The notes below the pieces were generated by a model. That model had not been told where the DNA came from, searched no databases, and saw only the letters and a program-made list of their open reading frames with translations. The position numbers and the translations under genes are program-made. 43,223 nt of DNA. It comes from Desulfobacteraceae bacterium 4572_35.2 (lineage in GTDB: Bacteria; Desulfobacterota; Desulfuromonadia; Desulfuromonadales; Desulfuromonadaceae). Below, piece by piece: positions 28,648-37,650 of this stretch. Every line of letters begins with the position of its first letter. Position 1 is the first letter of the stretch. The stretch lies in the NCBI GenBank assembly GCA_002084665.1, contig NBLY01000008.1:1-43223 (forward strand), read 5' to 3'.

Positions 28648-30628
28648 GGTTTAACTCCCCCTGCATCAACTCGCCGTGCTCTAACTCTTTTAACCACAAA
28701 CTGACACAGGCATCACTAGGCATGCGCCAATCACCTCGCGGTGACAGGGCGACACTACCCACCTTCGGCCCATCTGGTAAACATGAGCGTTTAAATTGTT
28801 GCGAAAAGAAGCGCTGATAAAACACCTTCAACCAGCGTAATATTGTTGCCGCATCATAGTCAGTGCCAAAGGCCTGCTGGGCTAAGAACAACACTTTTTT
28901 CGGTTCAAATTGATAACGCACCACCTGAAACAGGAAGAAATCGTGCAACTCGTAGGGGCCAACATGATCTTCGGTGACTTGACTGATCTGGCCTGCGCCA
29001 TCGGGTGGTAACAGCTCGGGCGATACGGGTGTTTCACATACATCATCCAGCACAACACTTGTTTCACCACAATAGGCGCTCTCAGCACACCACGATACCA
29101 GATAACGCACGAGGGTTTTCGGCACACCGCAATTCACCCCATACATCGACATATGATCGGCATTGTAAGTACACCAACCGAGGGCCAACTCCGATAGATC
29201 ACCGGTACCAATAACAATGCCGCCCACCTGATTGGCGATATCCATCAATAACTGGGTCCGCTCACGCGCTTGGCTGTTTTCGTAGGTGATATCGTGCTGA
29301 GTTTCATCATGACCAATATCGCTAAAGTGCTGACGGACAGCGGCATCAATAGAGATCACCCTGCTACTGGTTCCGAGCAGTTCGATCAATTTTTCCGCGT
29401 TACCCCGAGTCCGTTCAGTTGTACCAAAGCCGGGCATCGTTACCGCCTCGATCCCTTTACGGTCGAGCTGCAACAGATCAAATGCTTTAATCACCACCAA
29501 TAGGGCCAAAGTGGAATCGAGACCACCAGAGAGACCAATAACCACATTTTTCGTACCGACATGCTTTAACCGCCGCGCGAGGGCAGTGGTTTGTAAGGCA
29601 AAAATCTCTTCACAATGTTGGTTGCGCTCTGCGTTATTGCTGGGAACAAAGGGGTGACGATTCACCTGACGCTTGAGATCGCCATGCTCCTCTGTGGCAA
29701 CGGCCAAGGCATTGGAGATCTCGATGAGACGATAATCACCCTCGGCACGACTGGCGGCAAAACTATTATTTTTGTGCCGTTCGTTCATCAAACGATTCAA
29801 GTCGATATCGGCGCACACCCACTGACTCTCGAAAGAGAATCGTTCAGACTCACTGAGAATGGTTCCGTTTTCGGCAATGAGCGAATGGCCTGAAAAAACC
29901 AGATCGGTACTCGACTCCCCTGCCCCTGCTGAAGCGTAAGCATAAGCGGCTAAACAACGCGCCGATTGTGAGCGCACCAGTTGTTGGCGATACTGTTGCT
30001 TACCTAACACCTCAGGGCTGGCAGACAGATTGAGCAACACTGTCGCACCAGCAACAGCCATCTGGCCACTGGGTGGATTGGCAACCCAGCCATCTTCACA
30101 GATCTCAACACCGATGACACATGCGGGACGATTTAGATCTTGAAATAGCAGATCATCACCAAAGGGGATCGGTTGACCGCCAATCACCACCTCATCAGCA
30201 CTACGATCTGGCGCAGCCGAAAACCACCGCTCCTCGTAAAACTCTTGACTGTTTGGCAGAAAGTTTTTCGGTACAATGCCAACAATCTCGCCATCACTAA
30301 TCAACACCGCGCAATTAAATAGTCGCCCACCTTGAGCAATAGGTGCGCCAACTACTAGCAAAGTTGATAATTCAGCACTGAACTCAGCAAGTTCGATCAA
30401 CCCTTGCTCAGTTTTTTCAATCAACAGCGATTGAAAAAACAGATCGCCACAGGTGTAACCCGTCACCGCCAACTCGGGAAAGACAAGGCAGTCACAACCA
30501 CAAGAGTGAGCGGAATGAATAACCTGTTTCATCTGCTCAATATTATATGCAATATCGGCGACGCGATGGGCCACCGAGGCCACAGCAAGACGATAATAAC
30601 CAAATTTCAAACGCTGATTGAGTGTCAT
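28640..30628 (-). CDS. nadE: Glutamine-dependent NAD+ synthetase
   Basis: Nitrilase domain (FPEL, PK, EICED) fused to synthetase domain (GLSGGLDS, ENSQARER, GTGDLSE, SPEL, SPRGDWRMPSD). Confidence 0.97.
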   Translation of the reverse strand: MTLNQRLKFGYYRLAVASVAHRVADIAYNIEQMKQVIHSAHSCGCDCLVFPELAVTGYTCGDLFFQSLLIEKTEQGLIELAEFSAELSTLLVVGAPIAQGGRLFNCAVLISDGEIVGIVPKNFLPNSQEFYEERWFSAAPDRSADEVVIGGQPIPFGDDLLFQDLNRPACVIGVEICEDGWVANPPSGQMAVAGATVLLNLSASPEVLGKQQYRQQLVRSQSARCLAAYAYASAGAGESSTDLVFSGHSLIAENGTILSESERFSFESQWVCADIDLNRLMNERHKNNSFAASRAEGDYRLIEISNALAVATEEHGDLKRQVNRHPFVPSNNAERNQHCEEIFALQTTALARRLKHVGTKNVVIGLSGGLDSTLALLVVIKAFDLLQLDRKGIEAVTMPGFGTTERTRGNAEKLIELLGTSSRVISIDAAVRQHFSDIGHDETQHDITYENSQARERTQLLMDIANQVGGIVIGTGDLSELALGWCTYNADHMSMYGVNCGVPKTLVRYLVSWCAESAYCGETSVVLDDVCETPVSPELLPPDGAGQISQVTEDHVGPYELHDFFLFQVVRYQFEPKKVLFLAQQAFGTDYDAATILRWLKVFYQRFFSQQFKRSCLPDGPKVGSVALSPRGDWRMPSDACVSLWLKELEHGELMQGELNHD

Positions 30629-30696
30629 ATCAATTATTCTACCTCTATCAAAATTAACAACTTAACGTTAGCCCTACTTACGAACGAACATTATTA

Positions 30697-31633
30697 TCAT
30701 AGCTCTACCATGTTCGGTATCTGCCAAAAAGGTTCTTTGTCCCAACTGACAGGAATCCCCATATGCTCCTTACTCACTTGTGGATACTTCTTCAATAAGT
30801 CGAAAAGTCGCTGATTCCACGTTGATCCTGGGTTGATCTGCTTGAGCAAACACTCAATAACGACTAAAAAATAATAAAGCCGCCGCGTTGGATCAATTCC
30901 GGTCTGTTCAAGTGGCGTTAATTGAGGCCAAGCAGATGGTGTTTTTTTTAAGCACACATGGACGACTACCAAACTCTCGATTCCATGTTCTAGAATGGTG
31001 TGCACAGATATTACGCAAATCAGATAATGACCGAAACCAAGAACGTAATACGATATCTGGGACTCCAAAAAACAGAGAAATTTCTTGTTTATCCGCTTTC
31101 AAACGTAATTGCGAAAACAAAACTGACACTTCTTTAAAAGTCAGTATTTCCATCACCATCCAGATGGGGGGCAACTTTGGATCACCGTATTTTGAACAGT
31201 AATGTTTGATAAACGGTTCGGCATTTCTATCATGACACTTTGACCTAACTTGCTTCACTAACCAGTCATGATCATAACTATCATTAAAAACAGTTGCATC
31301 TGTATAGGCATGCGAACCGTGGTGTTCACTTAACACCTGAGTCATACGCGCTCTAAAAGCGACCTCAATTCGTTCAATGGCGTCGAGAATTAATAAACGA
31401 ATTTCACGATCAAAGACATAGAGCCCTAGAATATCATCGAAGGCGACATTCGGGATAAAGTGATGTGCCGAACCCGCTATTTGAAACGGCAGGCAATACG
31501 CACTAAGACGATAGTAGCTAATCACTGAGAGATAGCGAAAAGCGCGCGCTTCATCGTTAATCGTTAGTCCACGATTACGCCACAGTATAAGCTGATCATT
31601 AATTGAAAGTGGGGATTTTGTGAATTGATTCAC
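30697..31633 (-). CDS. Abi_2/AbiF-family HEPN protein, frameshifted at A8 tract (30942-30949)
   Basis: RGL, SYYRLSAY, LYVFDREIR, IERIEVAFR, PPIW, HEPN R-X4-H (RNICAH); C-terminus (RRLYYFL...MGIPVSW..EPFW) continues in the +1 frame; GTG start 31633. Confidence 0.9.
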
Positions 31634-31653
31634 ACCTAAACACTCCAAATAAT

Positions 31654-31712
31654 AAAAAACCCACCAAAGTGTGCATAATCGCGAACGACAAGAGGCATGG
31701 CGGGTGTATTGA
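31654..31712 (-). ncRNA. Putative abiF-type structured RNA (candidate RNA antitoxin / attenuator) upstream of the Abi gene
   Basis: Outer stem ACCCGCCA/UGGUGGGU, inner GUCG-UUCG-CGAU hairpin and U tract; lies between the promoter and the Abi start. Confidence 0.6.
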
Positions 31713-31716
31713 TCAA

Positions 31717-31745
31717 AACATACATAATCCCTGATCTAAAAGCAA
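31717..31745 (-). promoter_or_regulatory. Sigma70 promoter for the RNA-Abi unit
   Basis: TTGCTT (31745-31740) N17 TATGTT (31722-31717). Confidence 0.6.
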
Positions 31746-31835
31746 TTACAATATTGCGACAACCTCTTGGGGACACCAAGCAGTCAAATCGTTTCTAACA
31801 CGATTACAGACGATTGTGGCATTCCAATGGAGAGG

Positions 31836-32198
31836 TTACAGGCTAAAAGCATCCTTCAAATGTTTCAGGTCATGGCTGGTTTCATCGGCCTGAATTGCAA
31901 TCACGTCGAAACGTGGTTGTAGGCTCGATTGGTCTTGTTTCGCCAAGTACCATTGCGCCGTACGGATAATTTGTCGTTGTTTGCGCTCGTTAACGGCTTC
32001 AACAGCTTCACCACATTGCGTACCACTACGGGTTTTCACTTCGACAAATGCTAATATTTTGCCACGGCGAGCGATAATGTCGATCTCACCGGTGGGAGCG
32101 CGATAATTGGTTTCAACAATCCGGTACAGTCGCCGTTTCAAATAGCGAACTGCCTGCTGTTCCCCCCATCGTCCGAGGCTCAGGCGCTGCTCGGTCAC
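31836..32198 (-). CDS. yraN: YraN family (UPF0102) protein
   Basis: GRWGE, NYR...GEIDII, FVEVKTR, RFDVI. Confidence 0.95.
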   Translation of the reverse strand: MTEQRLSLGRWGEQQAVRYLKRRLYRIVETNYRAPTGEIDIIARRGKILAFVEVKTRSGTQCGEAVEAVNERKQRQIIRTAQWYLAKQDQSSLQPRFDVIAIQADETSHDLKHLKDAFSL

Positions 32199-32755
32199 AC
32201 GTGTTCCTTCACACCGGCAAAACTTTTACGGTGCAGCGGGCATGGGCCATGTTCGGCAATTAAAGCACGATGTTTGGCACTACCATAGCCTTTGTGGCCG
32301 GCAAAACCGTATTGTGGATAGTGGCGATCATAAACCACCATCATCCGATCACGAACCACTTTAGCGATCACCGATGCGGCAGCGATCGACAACGAACGGG
32401 AATCACCTTTTTTAATTGTTTGCTGCGGATGTGATAACGGCACAGGGGTGATACCATCGATGAGCAGATACTGAGGTTCAATTTTTAGGCGTGACACGGC
32501 CTGACACATCGATCTCAGCGTCGCTTGAAGTATATTGATCTCATCAACCTCTTCAGCATGGACAAACCCAACACCTACAGCCAACGCCTGTTGACGGATC
32601 GGGCCGAAGAGCTGTTCCCTCTTTTTAGCACTGAGTTTTTTGGAATCGGTCAAACCTAGCAGGTCAAAGTGTTCGGGTAAAATAACGGCTGCCGCGACAA
32701 CAGGGCCGGCCAGCGGGCCACGGCCAGCTTCATCAATTCCAGCGATGAGGGTCAC
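32195..32755 (-). CDS. rnhB: Ribonuclease HII (5' end disturbed)
   Basis: GIDEAGRGPLAGPV, DSKKL, KGD, AASVIAKV, HKGYG; the RBS-associated GTG at 32786 is out of frame. Confidence 0.96.
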   Translation of the reverse strand: MTLIAGIDEAGRGPLAGPVVAAAVILPEHFDLLGLTDSKKLSAKKREQLFGPIRQQALAVGVGFVHAEEVDEINILQATLRSMCQAVSRLKIEPQYLLIDGITPVPLSHPQQTIKKGDSRSLSIAAASVIAKVVRDRMMVVYDRHYPQYGFAGHKGYGSAKHRALIAEHGPCPLHRKSFAGVKEHV

Positions 32756-32803
32756 ACCTTGTAAGCGCAGTCGGGGTTGTTGACACGTTCAGAACTCCTT
32801 AGC

Positions 32804-32855
32804 CATTGCTGTGTCGAATGATCATTATTCATTGCTGTGTCGAATGATCATTATT
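32804..32855. repeat. Exact 26-bp tandem duplication upstream of rnhB
   Basis: CATTGCTGTGTCGAATGATCATTATT twice. Confidence 0.9.
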
Positions 32856-32954
32856 CAGCCCACACCAACACGGTAAACACAAAACACCAGTCAGTATAAG
32901 TCAGACAGACGAAAACCACTAAGGATTAAATCGGGGTAAACCTTGAAGGGGAGC

Positions 32955-32988
32955 AAAAAACACCCCGCAACATAACATGCTGCGGGGT
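32955..32988 (-). terminator. Intrinsic terminator after rplS
   Basis: ACCCCGCAGCAT-GTT-ATGTTGCGGGGT then GTTTTTT on the minus strand. Confidence 0.85.
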
Positions 32989-32998
32989 ATCAATTTGC

Positions 32999-33349
32999 TT
33001 AGTACTGACGCTTCTCGCGAATACGTGCAGACTTACCTTGCAATTGACGCAAGTAGTAAAGCTTCGCACGACGTACGCGACCAACCATAAGTACTTCAAT
33101 TTTATCAACTAGGGGTGAGTGAAGAGGGAAGATCCGCTCAACACCAATGCCACCAGAGATTTTACGTACGGTAAAGGTGGAACCGATACCACGGTTTACC
33201 CGCTTGATGCAAACACCTTGAAAAACCTGAATCCGCTGTTTGTCACCTTCAACAATTTTTGCGTGAACGCGCAGTGTGTCCCCTGCTTTAAACACAGGAA
33301 GATCTGTTTTCATCTGCTCATTACCAATTTCATCAACAATGTTCATCAT
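32999..33349 (-). CDS. rplS: 50S ribosomal protein L19
   Basis: [31 protein letters not shown]. Confidence 0.99.
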   Translation of the reverse strand: MMNIVDEIGNEQMKTDLPVFKAGDTLRVHAKIVEGDKQRIQVFQGVCIKRVNRGIGSTFTVRKISGGIGVERIFPLHSPLVDKIEVLMVGRVRRAKLYYLRQLQGKSARIREKRQY

Positions 33350-33400
33350 TGCCTCCTTATTTATCTTTAAAAAGCTTAATTTATCACTACGTGAATGAGA

Positions 33401-34129
33401 TCAGAGGATTTGCCGTAACCGCATTAGCTCTGCAAGATCTTCATCCGTTAATTGTACTTTATCCAATAAGTCGGGTCGCCGTTGCAACGTCCGTTGCAAT
33501 TGTTGGCTCCGCCTCCATGCTGCTATCCGAGCATGATTACCGGACAACAAAACATCAGGAACCTGTTGCCCCATGAATTCAGCAGGCCGCGTATAGTGTG
33601 GATGCTCCAACAGCCCATCCGAAAAAGAATCGGCTTCGGCACTCCCAGCACTTCCTAACACTCCCGGCAGTAACCGTGCTATCGCATCGATCATCACCAT
33701 TGCGGGTAACTCGCCTCCAGTGAGGACAAAGTCACCAATGGAGTATTCTGCATCAACATAGGAACGAATGCGTTCATCAAACCCTTCGTAGCGACCACAA
33801 ATAAAAATCAATCCAGCTTCAGCAGAGAGTGTTTCTGCCGCGTGCTGGTTGAAGGTCTTGCCTTGAGGAGTCATCATTATAACTTTTGCCCCCGGGCGTT
33901 GATGCTTCAGGTGTTCAATCGCACGACAAATTGGCTCAGGTTTCATCACCATGCCAGCTCCGCCGCCATAGGGTGTATCATCCGTCACCAGATGACGACC
34001 TTCAGCCCAGTTTCGTAAATTATGAGCGGTGATATGTATCAGCTCTTTCGAAACCGCTTTGCCGATAATGCTACCAGCAAAGGGAGATTCAATCATCTCC
34101 GGAAATAAGGTTACGACATCAAAATTCAT
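33401..34129 (-). CDS. trmD: tRNA (guanine37-N1)-methyltransferase
   Basis: [43 protein letters not shown]. Confidence 0.99.
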   Translation of the reverse strand: MNFDVVTLFPEMIESPFAGSIIGKAVSKELIHITAHNLRNWAEGRHLVTDDTPYGGGAGMVMKPEPICRAIEHLKHQRPGAKVIMMTPQGKTFNQHAAETLSAEAGLIFICGRYEGFDERIRSYVDAEYSIGDFVLTGGELPAMVMIDAIARLLPGVLGSAGSAEADSFSDGLLEHPHYTRPAEFMGQQVPDVLLSGNHARIAAWRRSQQLQRTLQRRPDLLDKVQLTDEDLAELMRLRQIL

Positions 34130-34650
34130 CCGTTCAGTTCAATCAGTCCATCGGGCAAAGTCACTCTCATTTGCCCTTGTTCAAGATCTATTTCATCAAT
34201 AAACGCTTCAACGGCTGGAAACATCACCTCACCGTGAACCCCTTCGGCCACATAAACATCGTGACCACTGGTTTCGAGAACAGAAGTTAGTGAACCTAAG
34301 TCGCCTAGTTGACTATCGACGACCTGCAACCCTTGCAGTTGATGCCAGTAATGGCAACCATCTTCAAGTTGAGGGAATTGTTCGTAGGCCATAAACACCT
34401 TGGCACCAAGAAACCCTGCCACTTTATCGATATGATCATACCCTGCAAGGACAAGCAAAATAATTTGCTTATGCATTGAAGTTTTAACCACATCAATCGT
34501 TAATTGTCGGCCATCTTTACAAAATAGCGTAACGCATTCAGCGCCAAGTAACACTTGCGAGCCATTGGTATTAGGGCGAACTTTAAGATCACCGCGTAAT
34601 CCATGCGTTCCAGCGATGGTTCCTGCTTCAACTAACGTTTCTTCTGCCAC
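34126..34650 (-). CDS. rimM: Ribosome maturation factor RimM
   Basis: [21 protein letters not shown]-barrel C-terminus. Confidence 0.95.
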   Translation of the reverse strand: MAEETLVEAGTIAGTHGLRGDLKVRPNTNGSQVLLGAECVTLFCKDGRQLTIDVVKTSMHKQIILLVLAGYDHIDKVAGFLGAKVFMAYEQFPQLEDGCHYWHQLQGLQVVDSQLGDLGSLTSVLETSGHDVYVAEGVHGEVMFPAVEAFIDEIDLEQGQMRVTLPDGLIELNG

Positions 34651-34699
34651 GTTTACCGTTTCATTATTGTGTTAATGAGCTAAATTGCTCAGGGTAACC

Positions 34700-34969
34700 T
34701 TACGCTTCAGTTTTTTCCTGAAACTTTGCCCAAACACCTTCTTTACGCAACAATTGAAGCACGACCTCTGAAGGTTGAGCTCCTTTGTTCAACCATGCCA
34801 AAGCACGGTCTTCTTTTAATGCGATCATTGGTGGCTCAACCAAAGGGTTGTACTGACCAATGTTCTCAATGTAACGACCATCACGAGGACAACGCTCATC
34901 CGCTACAACAATCTGGTAAAATGGTTTCTTCTTAGCACCACCACGGGCCAATCTGATTTTTACTGACAT
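34700..34969 (-). CDS. rpsP: 30S ribosomal protein S16
   Basis: [25 protein letters not shown]. Confidence 0.99.
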   Translation of the reverse strand: MSVKIRLARGGAKKKPFYQIVVADERCPRDGRYIENIGQYNPLVEPPMIALKEDRALAWLNKGAQPSEVVLQLLRKEGVWAKFQEKTEA

Positions 34970-35046
34970 ATCTACTTACCTCTCTATAACGACACCTGGA
35001 TATCAGGTGTTCCAAAACTGTAATAATTTTAAATTTCCTGCAGAGG

Positions 35047-36396
35047 TTAAAACGGCATACCGCCGCCACCCATCATCCCTTTGAGACCTTTTGGCCCCAT
35101 CTTCTGCATCTTTTTCATCATCTTCTGCGCTTCGGTAAAGCGTTTTAGAAGTTGATTGACATCCTGAACGCGAGTACCACTGCCGTTGGCAATTCGGACA
35201 CGGCGTGAACCGTTGATCATTTTATGGTTCTGCCGCTCTTTAACTGTCATTGAGGAGATGATCGCTTCAATACGCTTCATCTCCTTATCGGGCATTTGCA
35301 TATTACCCGCTTTTTTCATCGCTTTATTGGCCCCCGGAATCATCTTGAGTAATGATTCCATTGAACCCATTTTTTTGACCATTTGTAGCTGGTCGCGAAA
35401 CGATTCAAGGGTGAAACCACCTTTACGCATGGTTGCTTCAAGCTTAGCGGCATCATCTTTATCAATGGCTGCTTCCGCTTTTTCGATCAGCGACAGAACA
35501 TCGCCCATGCCGAGAATACGTTGCGCCATACGGTCGGGATGGAACACCTCAAGGGCATCCATCTTTTCCCCCATACCGACAAACTTAATCGGTTTACCTG
35601 TTACCGCACGCACCGACAAGGCTGCACCACCACGGGCATCACCATCCATCTTGGTCAGGATAACACCAGTGATATTTAACTTTTCATCAAAACTTTTAAC
35701 GACGTTGACGGCATCTTGCCCTGTCATAGCGTCGGCGACAAACAAAATCTCACGTGGCTGCAACGAGGCGTTGATTTTAACCAACTCCTCCATCAGCTCT
35801 TCATCAACGTGAAGTCGACCAGCGGTATCTAAAATCAGGGTATCGTGACCGTTGAGGCGGGCATACTCACGCGCTTTTTCACAAATTTCAACGGGATTAT
35901 CGCCGGGCTGACTATCGAAAACAGCCACACCTAACTGACGACCTAATACTTTTAACTGTTCAATCGCTGCTGGACGATAGATATCGGCAGGAACCAGTAA
36001 CGGATCGCGTTTGTCGCGACGCAACTGGAGAGCTAACTTACCACAGGTTGTTGTTTTACCTGCGCCCTGCAAACCACACAACATAATGGGTACAGGAGCT
36101 TGAGCAGCAAGGTCAAGGGTTGTTACATCGCCCTCGCCCATCAACTTACCTAATTCATCGCGAACTATCTTTATAACTTGTTGCGCAGGCGTTAAACTTT
36201 TTAGGACATCGGAACCTACTGCACGTGCGCTGACAGCGGCAATAAAGTCCTTAACAACCTTAAAATTAACATCGGCCTCAAGTAAGACGAGACGTACTTC
36301 ACGCATAGCCTCAGTGACATGGGCTTCAGTCAGCCGCCCTTTACCGCTTAGCTTTTTAAATACTGCGTCAAATTTATCGGTCAAGTTATCAAACAT
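35047..36396 (-). CDS. ffh: Signal recognition particle protein Ffh
   Basis: GLQGAGKTTT, DTAGR, TKMDGDARGG, Met-rich M domain. Confidence 0.99.
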   Translation of the reverse strand: MFDNLTDKFDAVFKKLSGKGRLTEAHVTEAMREVRLVLLEADVNFKVVKDFIAAVSARAVGSDVLKSLTPAQQVIKIVRDELGKLMGEGDVTTLDLAAQAPVPIMLCGLQGAGKTTTCGKLALQLRRDKRDPLLVPADIYRPAAIEQLKVLGRQLGVAVFDSQPGDNPVEICEKAREYARLNGHDTLILDTAGRLHVDEELMEELVKINASLQPREILFVADAMTGQDAVNVVKSFDEKLNITGVILTKMDGDARGGAALSVRAVTGKPIKFVGMGEKMDALEVFHPDRMAQRILGMGDVLSLIEKAEAAIDKDDAAKLEATMRKGGFTLESFRDQLQMVKKMGSMESLLKMIPGANKAMKKAGNMQMPDKEMKRIEAIISSMTVKERQNHKMINGSRRVRIANGSGTRVQDVNQLLKRFTEAQKMMKKMQKMGPKGLKGMMGGGGMPF

Positions 36397-36431
36397 GAAA
36401 ATCCCTGCGTCATCAAAATCGCAAATAAGGG

Positions 36432-36460
36432 AATATAGTGGCCCCCCTCCTCCTTGTCAA
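36432..36460 (-). promoter_or_regulatory. Sigma70 promoter for ffh
   Basis: TTGACA (36460-36455) N17 TATATT (36437-36432). Confidence 0.75.
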
Positions 36461-36723
36461 GCAAATTCCCCCACAAGTTCGAACCGTTCGCCCCTTAAGC
36501 GATAGGTTGAAAAGGGCGCTAACCCTTTAGTTTGTAGCACTTCAATAATCGCGGCGCAGTCATTATCAGAGATACGTATCACCATACCGCAATCAGCACT
36601 GATCGCTCGCGGCACAGGCATCACTAATATATCAAATTTCTTTTTTAAAACCATTTCGGCCACCATAACGCGATGGATCGAATTAAAAACGATCAGTAAA
36701 TGATCTCCATCAATCATTTTCAT
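36457..36723 (-). CDS. DUF3343-like small protein
   Basis: FNSIHRVMxAE...PVPRAISADCG motif; start uncertain (36747/36723/36717). Confidence 0.75.
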   Translation of the reverse strand: MKMIDGDHLLIVFNSIHRVMVAEMVLKKKFDILVMPVPRAISADCGMVIRISDNDCAAIIEVLQTKGLAPFSTYRLRGERFELVGEFA

Positions 36724-36800
36724 CCTATATTCTCTTTCATCGTGCATCCTCCTACAACGCGCTCAAACCAAACACATCATCACCAATTAAATAGCGTGGA

Positions 36801-36829
36801 TTGACAGTCCAGTTGCTAAAAGCTATGGT
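36801..36829 (+). promoter_or_regulatory. Sigma70 promoter for the plus-strand two-gene unit
   Basis: TTGACA (36801-36806) N17 TATGGT (36824-36829). Confidence 0.7.
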
Positions 36830-36848
36830 GTAGCATATTGTTGTTTAT

Positions 36849-37142
36849 ATGCTACTCAACCGCACACCGAGGAACGCCACTGTTTTGAACAATCAGCCTG
36901 TCCAGCTAACACTACTCCTACTCTTTACCCTCCTATCAAACACCCCTTTGGGCTACCTTAGACAGGGAGTAAAAAAACGTTCACCACTGTGGTTTCTCTA
37001 TATCCACCTATCGATCCCTTTTATTATTGCCCTAAGACTTTATTTCGATTTTAATTGGCACATCATCCCCCTCACCATCGGCTGTGCCGTCATCGGTCAA
37101 CTTTCTGGCGGCTCACTGCGTAAACGTAATGAGCGCGGTTAA
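36849..37142 (+). CDS. Small conserved-looking membrane protein
   Basis: Three hydrophobic segments, NxPLGYLR...WFLYIHLSIP; start may be TTG 36885. Confidence 0.7.
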   Translation: MLLNRTPRNATVLNNQPVQLTLLLLFTLLSNTPLGYLRQGVKKRSPLWFLYIHLSIPFIIALRLYFDFNWHIIPLTIGCAVIGQLSGGSLRKRNERG

Positions 37143-37147
37143 CCCTG

Positions 37148-37636
37148 ATGGCACGACGTAGCCGCAGTGCGGACTCACTTAAATCAACACGCAGCCTCAT
37201 TGAAGGGATCCTCGGCAACCTTGGCATCTCTAACAAAATTGAGCAACATCGAATTTGGGCTATTTGGGAACAAGCGGTTGGCGAACAAATTGCCCAACAC
37301 GCCATCCCATCTAAAATTCGTAATGATGTTTTAGAGATTAAGGTGGCCCACCCCGTGTGGATGCAACAACTACAGCTTCTCAAACCACGACTATTGAAAC
37401 AGATCAATGAACACCTTGGTGACACACCAATCAAAGACCTGTATTTAAGAAGAGGCCAAATCGCTAAGGAACCAGCGGCAATCATTGAGCCGCCAATAGC
37501 ACTACCCGAACTCAACACTGATGAGATTGAATCGGTCCATAAACTTACCGAGCACATTAAAGACGATGAGATACGCACAGCACTCGATGAGCTGATGCAG
37601 AAACAACGCCGCCTAGATAAACGTGACCGATCGTAA
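37148..37636 (+). CDS. DUF721 / DciA family protein
   Basis: WEQAVGEQIAQHA, LEIKV.HPVWMQQL, LLKQIN pattern. Confidence 0.85.
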   Translation: MARRSRSADSLKSTRSLIEGILGNLGISNKIEQHRIWAIWEQAVGEQIAQHAIPSKIRNDVLEIKVAHPVWMQQLQLLKPRLLKQINEHLGDTPIKDLYLRRGQIAKEPAAIIEPPIALPELNTDEIESVHKLTEHIKDDEIRTALDELMQKQRRLDKRDRS

Positions 37637-37650
37637 GGCACTGACCACCT

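Noticed and set aside
23501-30628. NadE plus NAD-dependent ligase as an NAD-centred defence or counter-defence module
   Set aside because: nadE overlaps rsmI in a housekeeping run, and there are no SIR2/TIR or similar genes; no evidence beyond proximity.
21500-31800. Prophage or integrative element carrying the defence genes
   Set aside because: No integrase, transposase, phage genes, tRNA or flanking att-like repeats seen; core genes are interspersed.
32804-32855. 26-bp direct repeat as a possible CRISPR remnant
   Set aside because: Only two abutting copies, no spacer, and no cas genes in the window.
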